This document shows, piece after piece, positions 12,900-29,269 of a DNA stretch of 64,000 bases. The notes below the pieces were generated by a model. It had not been told where the DNA came from, searched no databases, and worked only from the letters and a program-made list of their open reading frames with translations. The stretch lies in NCBI RefSeq assembly GCF_009914755.1, contig NC_060927.1. One strand, 5' to 3'. The first letter of the stretch is position 1; each line of letters starts with the position of its first letter. The translations under genes were made by a program, and so were the position numbers. Source of the stretch: the human T2T-CHM13v2.0 reference genome, Homo sapiens.

Positions 12900-14854
12900 G
12901 CACTACTGGTCACTGTCGTTTTAATGGGAAAGTTTAAAGTTTACTCTAAACTTAGAAGGGGCCAGGCAACTCCTAGTCTTCAGCAAAACAGCAACGTATA
13001 AAACACAGTTCCTGGCTGCAAAGGGCTCACAGTCTAATGGAAGAAACGGACATGCCCAACACGTGGTTACAACTGAATAAGTACTATTTTAAGAAAAGGT
13101 GCCGAGTGTTATCAAAGCAGAGGACCTCTCTCTGGGAGTTTAGGGAAAGCCACCTTTGAGCTGAGTCTGGAAGCATGCCTCGCACTGTGGCAAAAAGGAG
13201 GAGAAAGTTTATTTTAAACAAGGGGCACATCATGGGTCATTGCATGGTGTGAGTTGTTAGTTCAGCCTGGCTGGTAAGTAAGGAGCATGGCAAGAAGCTA
13301 TAGAAAAAAGGCTGGGAAAAGTTTAAGCCAGACCATGAGAGGCCTTGACTGCCTGACCCAGGCAATGAATCGGCTCTAGATTATACAGCCAGAATATAAA
13401 GGATTCAGATTTGGGTGGTAAAGCAATATGAAAAACAAGTGTCGGTACACACGCTTTTCAAACATTTGGAACTCTCTCATTACTTGAAATCACCTGTGGA
13501 AACCCACTATGTGAAATGGATAAAACCATAGTTCTTCTGGTCAAAGCAGAAGTGGGGATTCAGAGCCCGAAGAACTTCCACCATCCCATTTCTCCCGTTC
13601 CTGGAACATGCGGATGCCTTTGGGTAATGCCTAAGGCTCAGCAGACTCTTGCTTGACACTGCTGCTGTGGGCGATTGCTTGACCTAATGTGACTATCTCT
13701 GCTCTGGTGTTAGCACCAGCTTCGTCCTATCCCTCCTATGTCATAGGTATCCATAAAGTAGGTTCTAGATCTTTTTCTATCTCAGCGCTGTTCTCAAGAT
13801 TCCATTTATGGTAATCTCTATCTTATTAATAAATTAACGTTCCCAAACAATCTATATGACCTGGTCCCTGGCCCCTAGCTTTATATTGCTAACGGACACG
13901 TGTAGGGAGGTGGATAGAAAGCAGCCATCTCTGCAGTGTCTGTTAAGCATCACTGTATGCTGTCTAATGTATTAATTCATGTTAAGTATCTACAGCATAT
14001 GTGCAGCACAGATAATCTATGATGGAGTTACGAGAAGTTGTTTGATCTTACTCAGGGCACGAAAGTTGTTGCTTTCATTCCAAGAACAGCACTCTGAGAA
14101 AGCATTCAAGAGCTTTCTGATGAGTGGCTGAGTTATCAAGATCTCTAGGACTTTCTGTTCTGTGAAGACATGGAGCTTCTAGATGGCATTTGCCACCAGA
14201 GGAGAGATGTTAAGAACTGATGAAGAGTGACTGGTCCCCTGATGGGCAAAGACTGTTTTGTTTCAGCCAACGTGGTTATCTTCTGCCCTCTTCAGAACAA
14301 CACTTCTAGAGGCAAAACACAAATTCCACCCACCAAACAGCATTTCCTCTCATTCTTTCTCTTGTTCCTTGTCTTTACTCACGCCTTGCCCACTCTCTCT
14401 GCATGGTGGGGTCAGTTTGCTCTCACTTTCCCACACTAACTTCTCTGTTTCGAGCCTGTGTCCGGAACTGCCTCCTTCTTGCCATCTGGTAGCTGACATC
14501 TGCCACATCTTTCCAACCAGAGCCCCCATCTTTTCTTGGAGGCCTTTAAAAAAAAAGATGTTAACTTTCATTGCATGACTTTTCCCAGTACATGATTATG
14601 TACGCAGTGTTTTCCACATGGTTGAATAACTACTTTAGCATCGACTCTTGCCTGCTTTACTTAGGTTAATTGTTATTTTCCTGAGGGCACACTGACCAGT
14701 GTCCTTTGATGTACCCAGTGCCAAATTCGATAAACAATAACCCAGAATATCACACTTTATAACTAATGAGTTGGGGCTGTTCTATGTTTTATTACAGCAA
14801 ATGGAAATGCAGTTCTGCTTACTACCTTTGATGAAGAGAGTAAAGTGGAAGTGA

Positions 14855-15168
<314 letters not shown>

Positions 15169-16140
15169 GAGATCTTTGTGTGGATTTCTACTGTTGATTT
15201 ACCTGCTTCAGCTGCGACTGTTCATTTTCATGGCTGTTTCCCTTCATAAAACTGTTAACTCCTTGAAGGAAGGAGACGACAGTGTGAGGCTTGGGACCAG
15301 GATCACAATACATGATCAATAACTGCTTTTTAAATGTATTTTCAATAGAGTTATAAGGATTCATCTGGGCACTGAAGACATTTGGGACCTCAGTGAAGTT
15401 TCTCCGAGGCCAGATGGTCACATTGATTTTCTGGAATCATTTTGAATAAAAATGAGCGAGGTGGTGAACACAATGCAAGGCTCTCCACGTACTGTCTGGT
15501 ATTGTTCAACCAGCTCCACGACTCCCTGAGGGCAGAGATGAGCAGATGTTAATGGATAAAGCCAGGTGGGATGATGTTATAACATTTCTCCTACAGCCCC
15601 AAATCTCCCAACTCCTGCCTGTGTGACCTGAGTAAGACTCGGTGCAAGAAGACATCGGTGTTCCCATCTGTGAAATGAAGGAATTGACCCCCGAGGATCT
15701 TCCATTTCTGACAGTGCTTTGGATTTCATTGGTTTTGTCACAGGTACCCCCCAAAAGCCTCCATCTTTGGATAAGTGATTAAAACTGCTGAGTAATTTTC
15801 AATTAATAAAAGTTCAGTGCTGGCTCTCATTTTCTTCCAAAGATGTTTGTGGAAAGACCTGTGCAAAACACTTCAGATGGCAACCCACCTCCAAAGTGGG
15901 TCCCTTAACACCAGTCGTCCTTGGGGTTTCAATAAGCTCAGTTATTCAGAAAAGCAAGTGAGTTTTCCAGATATAAGATACTGTATTATTAGAAACTCAC
16001 CAATATAGAAAAAGCTGATGTGGGTTGGGAGATAGAGCTGATATCCCAGCAACAGTCTTCTTACTTCATAATCTAAGTATATCAGAGACGTATTTTGGAG
16101 ACACAAATTTGACCCTAAATATAGCTAAAACCATGCTATA

Positions 16141-16618
<478 letters not shown>

Positions 16619-17228
16619 TCAAGTAATGGAGGATTTACTTTAAGGACACACTTGTGAAATAGTCCTCTCTGTCTTTACTGGAAGCCAGGCAAACCTTAAC
16701 CATCAGGCCTTACAGAACCTGGAATAGGAGTATGGTCTGGATTGAGCAGATGTGCATGGCTTGGTGTGCTCTAGGGACTGCAGGAGCTAGAGCACAAGGC
16801 TCTTATTCTTGTGCTTCACCTTCCATGTGACTCAACTATTTTGTCAGTTTCTGCTTCCCTTAAGATCTGTTTTTTTTTTTATGTTACCAAGGTGAACCAT
16901 TTACTTCATTTTACAATATCTGGAGAGAAATGGTCTGAGGCTGTTTAATTACCATAGTCCCTTGAGGAGTTTTCCTTCAAGTCACACCATCGTTGCTGAT
17001 TATCCTATATTTTGGCAACTCTTGGGCCATGGGCACTTCCTAGTCCAATCAGCTTTGGCCAGAGGCAGATTCTACTATACAGACATGGTCATCTCCAAAT
17101 TAGAGGGAACCCCCAGCTCCAAGTGAAGGGTACATGTGGACGGTTTCCTTTATAAAGGGATGTGTGATGGTGGGACAGGCATGTCTGCTGCAGTAGGAAT
17201 GTTTCATTTGGTAGAGAGGAAACATAAG

Positions 17229-17737
17229 AAAAAGTAGGATTGGTACCCACCATTATTATTAAAAAGTAGGATTGCTACCAGCCATTATTATTAAAAAGTA
17301 GGATTGCTACCCGCCATTACTATTAAAAAGTAGGATTGCTACCCGCCATTACTATTAAAAAGTAGGATTGCTACCCGCCATTATTATTAAAAAGTAGGAT
17401 TGGTACCCGCCATTATTATTAAAAAGTAGGATTGCTACCCAACATTATTATTAAAAAGTAGGATTGCTACCCTCCATTATTATTAAAAAGTAGGATTGCT
17501 ACCCTCCATTATTATTAAAAAGTAGGATTGCTGCCCTCCATTATTATTAAAAAGTAGGATTGCTACCTGCCATTATTATTAAAAAGTAGGATTGCTACCT
17601 GCCATTATTATTAAAAAGTAGGATTGCTACCTGCCATTATTATTAAAAAGTAGGATTGCTACCCGCCATTATTATTAAAAAGTAGGATTGCTACCCGCCA
17701 TTATTATTAAAAAGTAGGACTGCTACCCGCCGTTATT
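17229..17737. repeat. 32-bp minisatellite (VNTR), ~16 copies
   Basis: Unit AAAAAGTAGGATTGCTACCCGCCATTATTATT with exact 32-bp periodicity from 17229 to 17709, where a final partial copy starts. Confidence 0.98.
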
Positions 17738-18034
17738 TGCACAGCTACCTTATGAAAGTAGTTTCACGTGTGTCTTAGATCACTTTAGAGGAAAGATATC
17801 AGACAAAGAGACCTGAAATAAATGGGAAAAACTTTTGACTTAAATGTAATATTCCTCTGACAGTGTACAACGTAAGTGGAGTTGGAAATTATGCCAGAGA
17901 GTGAGTTTGCCATCGCCAGGCTTTTACAAATGTCGTCATCCCTATGTATTGAGCACTGTTTCAGTGTGCAGATACTGGCTAGTACTTTTTTAAATAAAGA
18001 TTTTATTTTGAGTAACCTGGCTATTAGTCATAAC

Positions 18035-18477
18035 CTGTCTTAATTCACCTTCCCTAGAAGTAGAACCTGAGAAGGAATTTGGGTGCATGTGGTTTATTGA
18101 GTTTACACTCTTAAAAAACATCACCAAAGAATGAAGAAAACAGAACAGAGAAGAGCTAAGCAAGAATGTAATCATAGGTAAAATGCAGTCTTATTCTGAT
18201 TCAGAAGAATTATGTAAAATTTGCACTGGAGAATTGTTCCAATCTGAGGCAAGGTATCTTGGATTTGTGGCCCCTGCATCACTCAGTCATTGGATGTTTG
18301 GGGTGAGGGGTGGTGTCACTCCCCAAGTGTCTCGGGGTGAGCCAGCTCCCATCAGCCCCAGGTAATTCTTCCTAGATCAAGTGTGTAAACTGTTAGCTGC
18401 AGCACCTGCCATAGCCGGGAGATGGGTATCCAGCTGGCAAATGGGATCTGGGTGGAGCATCAGCAGCATCTGCTGCA
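18035..18477 (-). mobile_element. LTR16-family (ERVL) solo LTR
   Basis: Ends gggatctgggtggagcatcagcagcatctgctgca, matching the reverse complement of the LTR16 start TGTAGCAGA..GTTGGTGCCCCGCCCAGATCCC. Confidence 0.65.
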
Positions 18478-19092
18478 GGCTTCCTTGAGTCTACCTCAGA
18501 GAGCTTGTTGCAGGCCAGAAACTCTGGCTCGTATAGGCAAAAAGCAGAACTGATTGGAAGGAATAGAGGGCTGACTGATCTGAGAGACAAGAGGACCATA
18601 TCTGGACTATGGCAGAAGACAAGGCAATCTTAGAGGACTAAGAGGACCAAGTCTCAGAAGCCTGTCAGTACAGTGAGGGTTTTTAAGCAATAATTGCTGG
18701 CCAGGACAGCATTTTGACTGGATGCCACTGGACATCATTGCAGCCATTCTAAGTGAGTTCCCATCATCTCTCCAAAGCCAGCCCTTTGGGTAGAAACACC
18801 CAATTGGCCAAATGTAGAGCACACATTTATCATTAGCATGCTTTAAATGGAGAGAGGATGAGGCAGCTGCTTTTTTCTTGGATGGAAGGAAGGCATTGCA
18901 TCTCACCAATAACTCACATCATGCGATATTCTTCAGCAATTGGAAAAGGAGTTTGATGCTGAAGAGCAAAACCTGAGAGACAGCCAGAGTGTCTCCTGAA
19001 AGCTGGCAAAGTGAAGATTATTACCCTTATTTTACGATTATAAAAACTGAGGCTCAGAGAAGTAATTTTATTCATTGATTCAGAGAGATTAA

Positions 19093-19506
<414 letters not shown>

Positions 19507-20126
19507 TGCAGTGTACATTTCTATGTGGTGTGTGTTGGGGGAGAGGGGGTTGAGACAAAAAATAATAGGTAAATAAAACACATAGTACATCAGACGGTGA
19601 CAAATATTAGAAAGAAAAAATAAATCAGGAAAGGTGAGTGGGTTGGGGTGTGGTGGCTATATTATGGAGATGTTTCCATTTTAAATAGGGCAGTCAAAGT
19701 AGTCCCTGCTAAAACAGTGACATTTGAGCAAAGACCTGAAGGAAGTAAGGGAATGAGCTATGTGACTGTCTGTGGAAATGTCCTAGGCAGAGCGAACAGC
19801 AGGTGCAAGATGCCCTGAGGCCTGCATGCAACTGGCAAGCTAAGGGACCCACGTGGAGGCTAATATGGTTGGGGAAGAGGGAGCAAGGGGGAGCCGCAGG
19901 AGGAAAAAGCCAGGAGGTGGCTGGGCCTGGATCATGGGGGCCTTGGAGCCCATAAAATGTTTTGAGGAAGGGATTGACATTATTGGAATTACATTTCTAA
20001 GGGTAGAAGGATGGACAGAAGCAGAAAAACTGGTTAGGAAGTTTCTGCAATAAATTAAGTAAGTGATAATAGAGTCTGGGATTAGGGTGGCAGCTGTGGA
20101 GGTACTGAAAAATAATATTTTTGCTA

Positions 20127-21196
20127 TGTTGTAGGCTGCACAGTGGCCCTCTAACATGTCTGTGTCCTAATTCCTATAAGGCAGAGACTTTGCAGATGTG
20201 GTTAGAGATCTTGGGATGGGGAGATTATTCTGGGTTATCCATGTGGTCCCTATATAAACATAAGGGTCCTTATAAGAAAAAACAAGCAGAGTTAGAAAGA
20301 GAGAAGGTGATTATTCATAGAAGTCAGGTATGGAAGTGTCAAGGGTCAAGGATATGGATACAGTGAAAGCATTCATCGATAGATAAATGGATAAAGAAAA
20401 TAGAATGTTATTGAGCTTTAAAAAAGAGTAAAATCCTGTCATTTGTGACAACATAGATGAACACAGAGGACATTATGCTAAGTGGAATAAGCCAAGCACA
20501 GAAAGACAAATACTGCCTGATCTCACTTATGTGTAAAATCTGAAGATACTGAACTCATAGAAGCAGAGTGTAGAATTTGGTTAGCAGGGGTTGGAGGGTG
20601 AGGGAAATGGGGAGATGTTGGTCAGAGTACAAAGTTTTAGTTATGCAGGATGAATAAGTTTGGAGATCTCATGTACAGCATGGTGACTATAGTTAATAAT
20701 ACTGTATTGTAAACTTGAAATTTGCTGAGAGAGTAGATGGTAAATAGTCTTACCACAAAATGAAAAGTAACTATGAGAAGTGATGGTATGTTAATGAGCT
20801 TCATTGTGGTAATCATTTCACAATGCATAACTATATGAAAACATCACATTGTACACCTTAAATATATACAATATTTATTTATCAATTGTAACTCAACAAA
20901 GCTGGAAAAGGAAAAAGAGAGAAGGTGATGTGAAGATGGAAGAAACAGAGACAGAAAAGGTGCTATGCTTGCTTCTGGCTTTGACGAGTGAAGAAGGGGC
21001 CAGGAGCCAAAGAATGTAGTCAGCTTCTAGAAGCCGAAAAAATCAAAGAAAAGGTTTTTCTCTTAGATCCTCCAGAAGGAACACAGCCCTACAGATGCCT
21101 GACCTCCAGAACTATAAGATAAAAAAAAAAAAAATTATGTTGTGTTAAGCCCCTGTGTTTGCAGTGATTTGTTACAGCAGCGAAAGGAAACAAACA
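20127..21196 (+). mobile_element. MLT1D-like MaLR LTR split by an L1 insertion
   Basis: gactttgcagatgtggtt...gggagattattctgggttatcc...aagggtccttataag at the 5' end; gacctccagaactataagat...gatttgttacagcagc...aaacaaaca at the 3' end. Confidence 0.85.
20312..20913 (+). mobile_element. 5'-truncated L1 3' end (L1MA9-L1MB2 class)
   Basis: gaggacattatgctaagtggaataagcc...catggtgactatagttaataatactgtattgt, with 16-bp TSD aaagagagaaggtgat at 20296-20311 and 20914-20929. Confidence 0.9.
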
Positions 21197-23032
21197 CGTG
21201 GGTTTTGGAGTTAGAGTCAGTGATGTTTACCCATGGATGAGACGCAGAGAGGGTCAGGGATAACGTTACAAGTTTGTGAAGAGCAACTGGAAGGATGGAG
21301 TGCCTTTTACTGGGGAAAACTTGTTTGGGGTGAATTTAAGTCCAAGCCCCTGGCGATACCCTTTCTGCTCGGGCTATGCTAAGAGGATAAACCAGGACAA
21401 AATTCATGGGAGATGCACCAGCTTAGCTGGTCAGATGAGTATGTCCACTGTCATCATCCTTCCCCTAATTTTACACCCTCTTTGCAGCCTCTATCTATCA
21501 GTATTTCCTCGTTGTTCTTTGATGGTAGCAGGCAGCACAGAGCTCAATGAAATTAGACATATATTTCTTATTTTAAGGTACAGCTGAGAAAATGTCTAGG
21601 AAATAAAAGTTGCTTTGATGTAAGCTGCATTATCTGGAGGCTTGTTAATGGTCTGTCACTGGGGTCCTCAGGTTGAGGAATGGATTCCTTAAATTGATAA
21701 TCACTGAAATAGTCCCCAACGACCATAGTGCTGCTTTGGTTATCCTCAGCCAGTGACAAAAGTCATACTATTGTAGTCAAAGAAGCTATGCCAGGGAGTT
21801 GGAGCGCCTGGTTTTGACTGGCTTTGCTATTCACCTGCTGTCACTCTCTCTTTTTGAGCCTCAGCTTCCCCATTTGTAAATTGAGAGTGCTACAGCCAAT
21901 GTTTTCAAAGAGGCTTCATGGGGCTGCTTCGCCTTGCTATTTGTTATGCATCTTAGAGAGAAGCTTGATCGAGCATTAAGCCATCCAGATCTCAGCATTG
22001 TTCTGTCTCAGGTCCTGAGGAGCAGGCACTGACCTACTTCTCCTGCCTTCTTTTCCCTGCTGTCCTATTGGTCTTTATTCTGACCCCAGACCTGTCATTG
22101 CTCAGGATGCAGTTAAGAGGCCTTACTTCTATTCCGAGTGGCCAATGACTCACATGTCCACGGGACTGAGCAGTGAGGACAGGCTCCATTCGACAGAGTC
22201 CAAGGCAGATGGTCATGCTTCCTTTCCAGAATGAACATCAAGTGCCAGGAACTCAGTGAGGGGCACTCTCCTTCTGACTTGGAGCTCTGTGAGGCAGCCA
22301 CACAGGCCAGGTTCCGGCCACCTTCTGTTCTGGTTTGCCTAATGATGCTTTTGGCGAAAGACAAGGAAGAACAGCAAAAGCAAAGAAGGAAGCGATTCAT
22401 CTGTTAAGGGAGCGTAGCAAGCATCCTTGACCCTCCCGAAGGAAGTTTCCATGAAAATAAAACACAAGCAGAACACCATGCTGTTGCCTCCCAGGAGGAT
22501 GACAAATTTGTGGTATGAATGCCCTCCCTGTCCTCCTTCCTAAGCCACGCTGATGAGTTGGGACCTGTAGGACCCATGTGACAGGAGTTATTACGACTCC
22601 CTCCATTCCTTCTCCTTCCGGCTGTAGCAAATCTGGCCTGTCTGATAGCACAAGACTGAATGACTGGTGCTGAGTATTATACAATGTATGTTGTAGAGAC
22701 TAACGAAGACTTAAATAAATAAGCAAGTGCATTTAGCAAGTGCATCCTTTTAGGATGTTATTTACTGTGGGACTTTATATATGTCGCATCATTCTTTTGC
22801 TTCTCACGGGGGGCACGTTTATCAAACAAAGATTCTGGCCAAATCTTTTATAGTCAAAAAGATATTGAATGTCAACATCATAGTCATTTACCATTGGAGG
22901 GTCCCTTAAACCACTTAAGACAGGAAATAGAAATCATCATTATTTCCTGGCTTTCGAACTGCTCTTACCCTGTTTCACTTACTTAGTGCACCACACAGTC
23001 CTGTGGACTAGGTTTCACTATTATTCTCTTTA

Positions 23033-23746
<714 letters not shown>

Positions 23747-24594
23747 TTAAGAGGAATTATTCTGAAAGCTGTTAAAAAAGTGACATTTGCTGTCTCTGGG
23801 ATTTTCTTTGGAGTAGCAGGCAGTTGTTCCTATGATCATGAAGATGTGCTCCTCTCACACCACATGTGCACCCTGCTGCCCTGGGTTTGTGCCATTTTGT
23901 TTTCACAACTTTTGGTTTCAATGCTAAATCATAATAAACTTGTAAAAAGTTTAACATGATAATTCGTTTGAGCCATACACATAAAAAAAGACAGTTATTT
24001 TTTTCAGGTTTTAAAATGAAGAGAAATGCAAGAGCAGACCCAACTCTGGGAATTATGACAGGTTTCACAAGGAAGGGGTCTCAGGTGTGTGGCATATCCT
24101 ACCAAGTGGAGGTGGCATTTCAGGTAGAGGGAATAAGATAGGCAACGGCAAAGATGCATAAACTAGCATGGTATGTCAAGATAATAGAGACGGAGAATTG
24201 AGGCGAAAGTGAGAGATGATTCTGGAGGAGCAGGTTGGGAAGAGGGAAGGACAGAGTCCTATCCCCTGTCCTTATGATCTCGTACAACTCCCACATAAAC
24301 TATAGAGTACAGCACTATCTAACGCAGCAATATTTGCTCGTGCTGATGATGTTATTTTTGTGTTCTTGTTATTACTAGCAATCTGAAGTCAGCCAGGAGT
24401 CCCAAACTGGAATGATCTGATTTCAGTGGCTGGTGTGGTTTAATTCTCTGGCATGTTGTTCTTAGTATTAGGAGTGCAGTGTGGAATGGGCAATGAGAAA
24501 TTGGGCACCTGTTTCCAATTTCAGGCACTGCAGATTCATACGCACAGTCCTGGGGTAAAGGTTTTTGAGGTAGATAATGCTTTCATGGAGTGTT

Positions 24595-24595
24595 T

Positions 24596-24626
<31 letters not shown>
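24595..24626. repeat. (TG)n microsatellite
   Basis: About 13 pure TG units plus a degenerate flank. Confidence 0.9.
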
Positions 24627-26720
24627 GTGGTGGGGGTAGGGGTTCACGAGCTGCAAAGATCCACTGTCATCAGTTTTCACGAGCATTTCAAAGAAGTATG
24701 TGTGTGAGGGGTTGGCTTTCTCAGAGATTGTCACTCTATGATTAATCTCATAATAAATCCTAAAATTCAAATTCCAAAGGAAGGCCTTGTATGGTGGATG
24801 GTGTGTGGGTGGTCGGGGGGTCAACCGAATGCTAAAGAGAAAGTAGGCAGAGCTGTTAGCCTGAGCTGAGATGGGCTGCAGCCCTCCCGGAAGCTTAAGT
24901 ATGTCAGCACCTCTGGGAGACTGGGTCATGAGTTGACTCTTCTGAAGGAGAAACGTGGAGTGAATGAAAAGATCCCAGTCAATTGGCAGGTTGACTAGAG
25001 ATTTGATGGGGTGATTTCTTCTTCACAGTGGGAAGATGATCTCACATGGCAGTGAGGAGGGAAGAACCCTGTGCAAGTGATTTAGATGATTGAAGATAAT
25101 TTTTTGGCTGGGGAAAGATGTGATAAAATTTGGTGCTCAGTAAATCCCTCCTCCACTTTAATTGGAAGTGTTGGGATCAGCCATCTATTTTGTGCTGTTG
25201 TAATTTTCTTTACTTCCATTTAGGTTTTTCTCAGCATTTAGTAAATTTCATTTTGAATGTATCAGCCTGTCTCAGTTGTGCAAAGGAAAACAAGGAGAAA
25301 GATTATGTTTACCTTGAGCTGAGAAGAAAAGAGGGATAGCGTTTCTCTCTCATCCTCCCCAACCCAACTCCCCAACCCAGGGAGATGGGGACTAGGCTTG
25401 GTGGCGGCTACAGGAATCAAAATAAAAGAACTCCAGGGAGAGGCAAAAGCTCAGAGGGAAGTGTTGGAATGCTGACCTTGCCCCACCCTGTTTACCTGCC
25501 AGACCTGTTTCCAAGGATACTCTTCTCTGGGGGATGAAAATTTAGATCATCACACGGAAAATACTTATCGTGTTCTTCATATTCAAGGTAGTAATGAATT
25601 CCTTCTTTATGTTTTTTGTGTGTTTGTTTGTTTGTCGTTGTTGTTGCTGTTGAGAATCTCTTAGTATGCCACTTATGGCTGGAATCTGTGGAGAAGAGGC
25701 AATGAGGCAAAATTGAAAAGGTGCCTCATAATGGCCTGGATTGGATTTTTGGCTTTGCCCTGTGGCATGGCCTGGACACAGAACTTCATTGTATTCCTTC
25801 CTTGTGATAAGATTGGTGATGGCTGCCTCCTGGGATGATCAGGACAATCTAGGGTAATGTGTTCAAAGTACCTGTTAATTCACTGGTATGTGACAGGCAT
25901 TTAGGAAGTGTTAGCATATATTGTTTATTGTCTTTTATGACATACAACTGTAGAGGTAATCGAGTATGGAATTATCATGGGGGTTAGGGCTGGAGGGAAC
26001 AGGCAAGGCCTCTCTCATTTTTCTTTTGCTATGGAAGCGGTACATCATGGAAAGGAGCTTCAGAACTGGACTATCTTTGCGGCCTTGGGGCAAGTTATTC
26101 ACTTGTTTCTCCTCAGTTTCTTCTGCCATAAATGGAGAAGCATTGTAAAAACCAAAAGATTCAAATACATTACATGCATATTAGATTGCTTATTGCCTCC
26201 TAGCTTAATAAGTAGTAGGTTCTTTTTTTTTTTATTATTATTCTTGTCCACATTGCCTTATCTTTCTCAGCAAATATCTTTTCTGGGTGCAAAAACTATA
26301 CAAAATATACCATCCCTCAGGCCCAAAAGCCTGGCAGTAGGGTCTAAAGAAAATGATTGTGCCCACACCTTTATCCATTTTTTCACTCTTTATCCACTTC
26401 ATTTTATATCATTCTATGAAATGTTTATTAAATATCTATTATATGCCAGCAATAATGGTAGTTTCAGTGACTAATGTGACAGCTCTTGCTGTCAAAGAGC
26501 TCTCAGATTAATCAGGGAATGACAATAGTCTAGAAATAATTATATTGTAAGGCAGATACTGCACGTGCTGTGAAAAAGGTAAAAGGATATGGAGGGTCAA
26601 GGTGAAGGCAGATAGCTTCTGAATAGTGGAGGTGTGAAGAGAAATGGAGAGAGCTTCATGGAGGAGGTAACTTTAGACCAGAATCTTTGAGGCTGTGAAA
26701 ACTTTCTCTATGTGGGGTGA

Positions 26721-27049
<329 letters not shown>

Positions 27050-27746
27050 GAAGAAGGACCATTCTAAGAAAAGCAGGGGGATAGCAGCTTGTGAGACATA
27101 TTTGGGAAATGCTGACAGTTTAGTTTGGCTGAAGAATATGATATGCACAAAGAAACGATGGGGAATAAGGGTGAAGCACTGTTGTTACGAGTCTTTAATG
27201 ACAGGATAATAATTTTGTACTCAGTTTGATTTGCAATAAGGAAACATTGAAAGCTTTTTTGAACAGGAGGGTAAGTAATATGACAATGAAGATACAATGA
27301 GTTGGTATCAGAATTTGGAAGTGGTGGGGTTTACATCTGGCTCTAGCAACAGCCAGATAATAACATTTGGGTCTTTGATGGCTGCTATGGAAGAGAGAGA
27401 AAGACAGCATTTCATGTTCCAAATCAAAAGGACAGTAAAGCTAAAGACAGAGGTAGAAAACCCTAGGAGATCACTGAAAAACAGATTAATCCAGGTTGCT
27501 CTATACATAAGATACACGTGGGGAAATTTGGAGAGAGAACCAGATCTCTCTCTGTGCCCAATTTTCCCACCTATAAAATTTCAATAACATATAATACCTT
27601 CATTAGAGAGTTATTGTAGAAACTAACTGATTAATATTTGTAAGGTGTTTACCGCAGTTTCTGGCACATGATAAGCACTATATAAGTATTTGTTAAATAA
27701 TTAGAAATAAATTTAAAACACAAGTTGATTTAACATAGAGTTCTTA

Positions 27747-28052
<306 letters not shown>

Positions 28053-28871
28053 AACATGGGGTTCTTACTTTTTTCTCTGACTATTTCTCTCTGAGACATT
28101 GATTCATCTTGATAACACCTTGCTTTAGTTGGTATTTTAAATAAAATTTTGATATGTGTTAGCTCAAGTTATCTGTGTTATGATTCAATACAGAACCGTG
28201 ATCAACTCTGACACGGGCCAGCTAATCTGAAGACATTTAAAAATGTCAAGCTTGTTATAGCCAATTGTTTTGGTTATTGTGATGATTTACCGGTTTTAGG
28301 CTTAAAACCCTAACATTCATAGGAGATAAACCTGTTTCTTTAATGAAATGACGACTTTTATGGGGCAACAAGTTTCCTTGAAAAGGAAATACGGGACTGA
28401 AGTTAAAATTCAAGATATGACTTTACAGCTCTCTGTGCCTTAGTTTCCCGGAATGTAAAATTAAGGAATTAGGCTTCTATGTGTGCCATTAGGGCCTCTC
28501 CACAACTTTACAGGTGCCTCCAATATATTCCCGAATAGCAGTGGAGTTGCCGGGGTTGGGCTGGAGTGGGCACCCTTTGGCTCTACCCTCTTGGCTCTGC
28601 TTGTCTAGCAGGGCAGTCCCTGAGGCACGCTGGAAACCCCGCCGAGAATCATTCTGAAAACAATTGGATAAGATGATACCTTTAGCTAATAGTCTTTGGT
28701 TCTCAAAAAATATGCATTTTTTTTTTCAGGATAAGGTAAACTTTTTGCATAATAAACAAATAAATAAGACATATATACCTACATGCATTTTACTTGTATT
28801 TTACATGAAGTTGGGAACTTTGCTACTTAAATGGAACTCATGGTAAAAGAGAAGATTCTTTTATAATGTGA

Positions 28872-29269
<398 letters not shown>

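Noticed and set aside
17229-17737. CRISPR-like regular array
   Set aside because: Units are head-to-tail with no unique spacers, there are no cas genes, and the context is primate. It is a minisatellite.
25977-26474. 165-aa + strand ORF
   Set aside because: It spans MIR/L2 remnants and low-complexity T runs, with no recognisable domain or exon structure.
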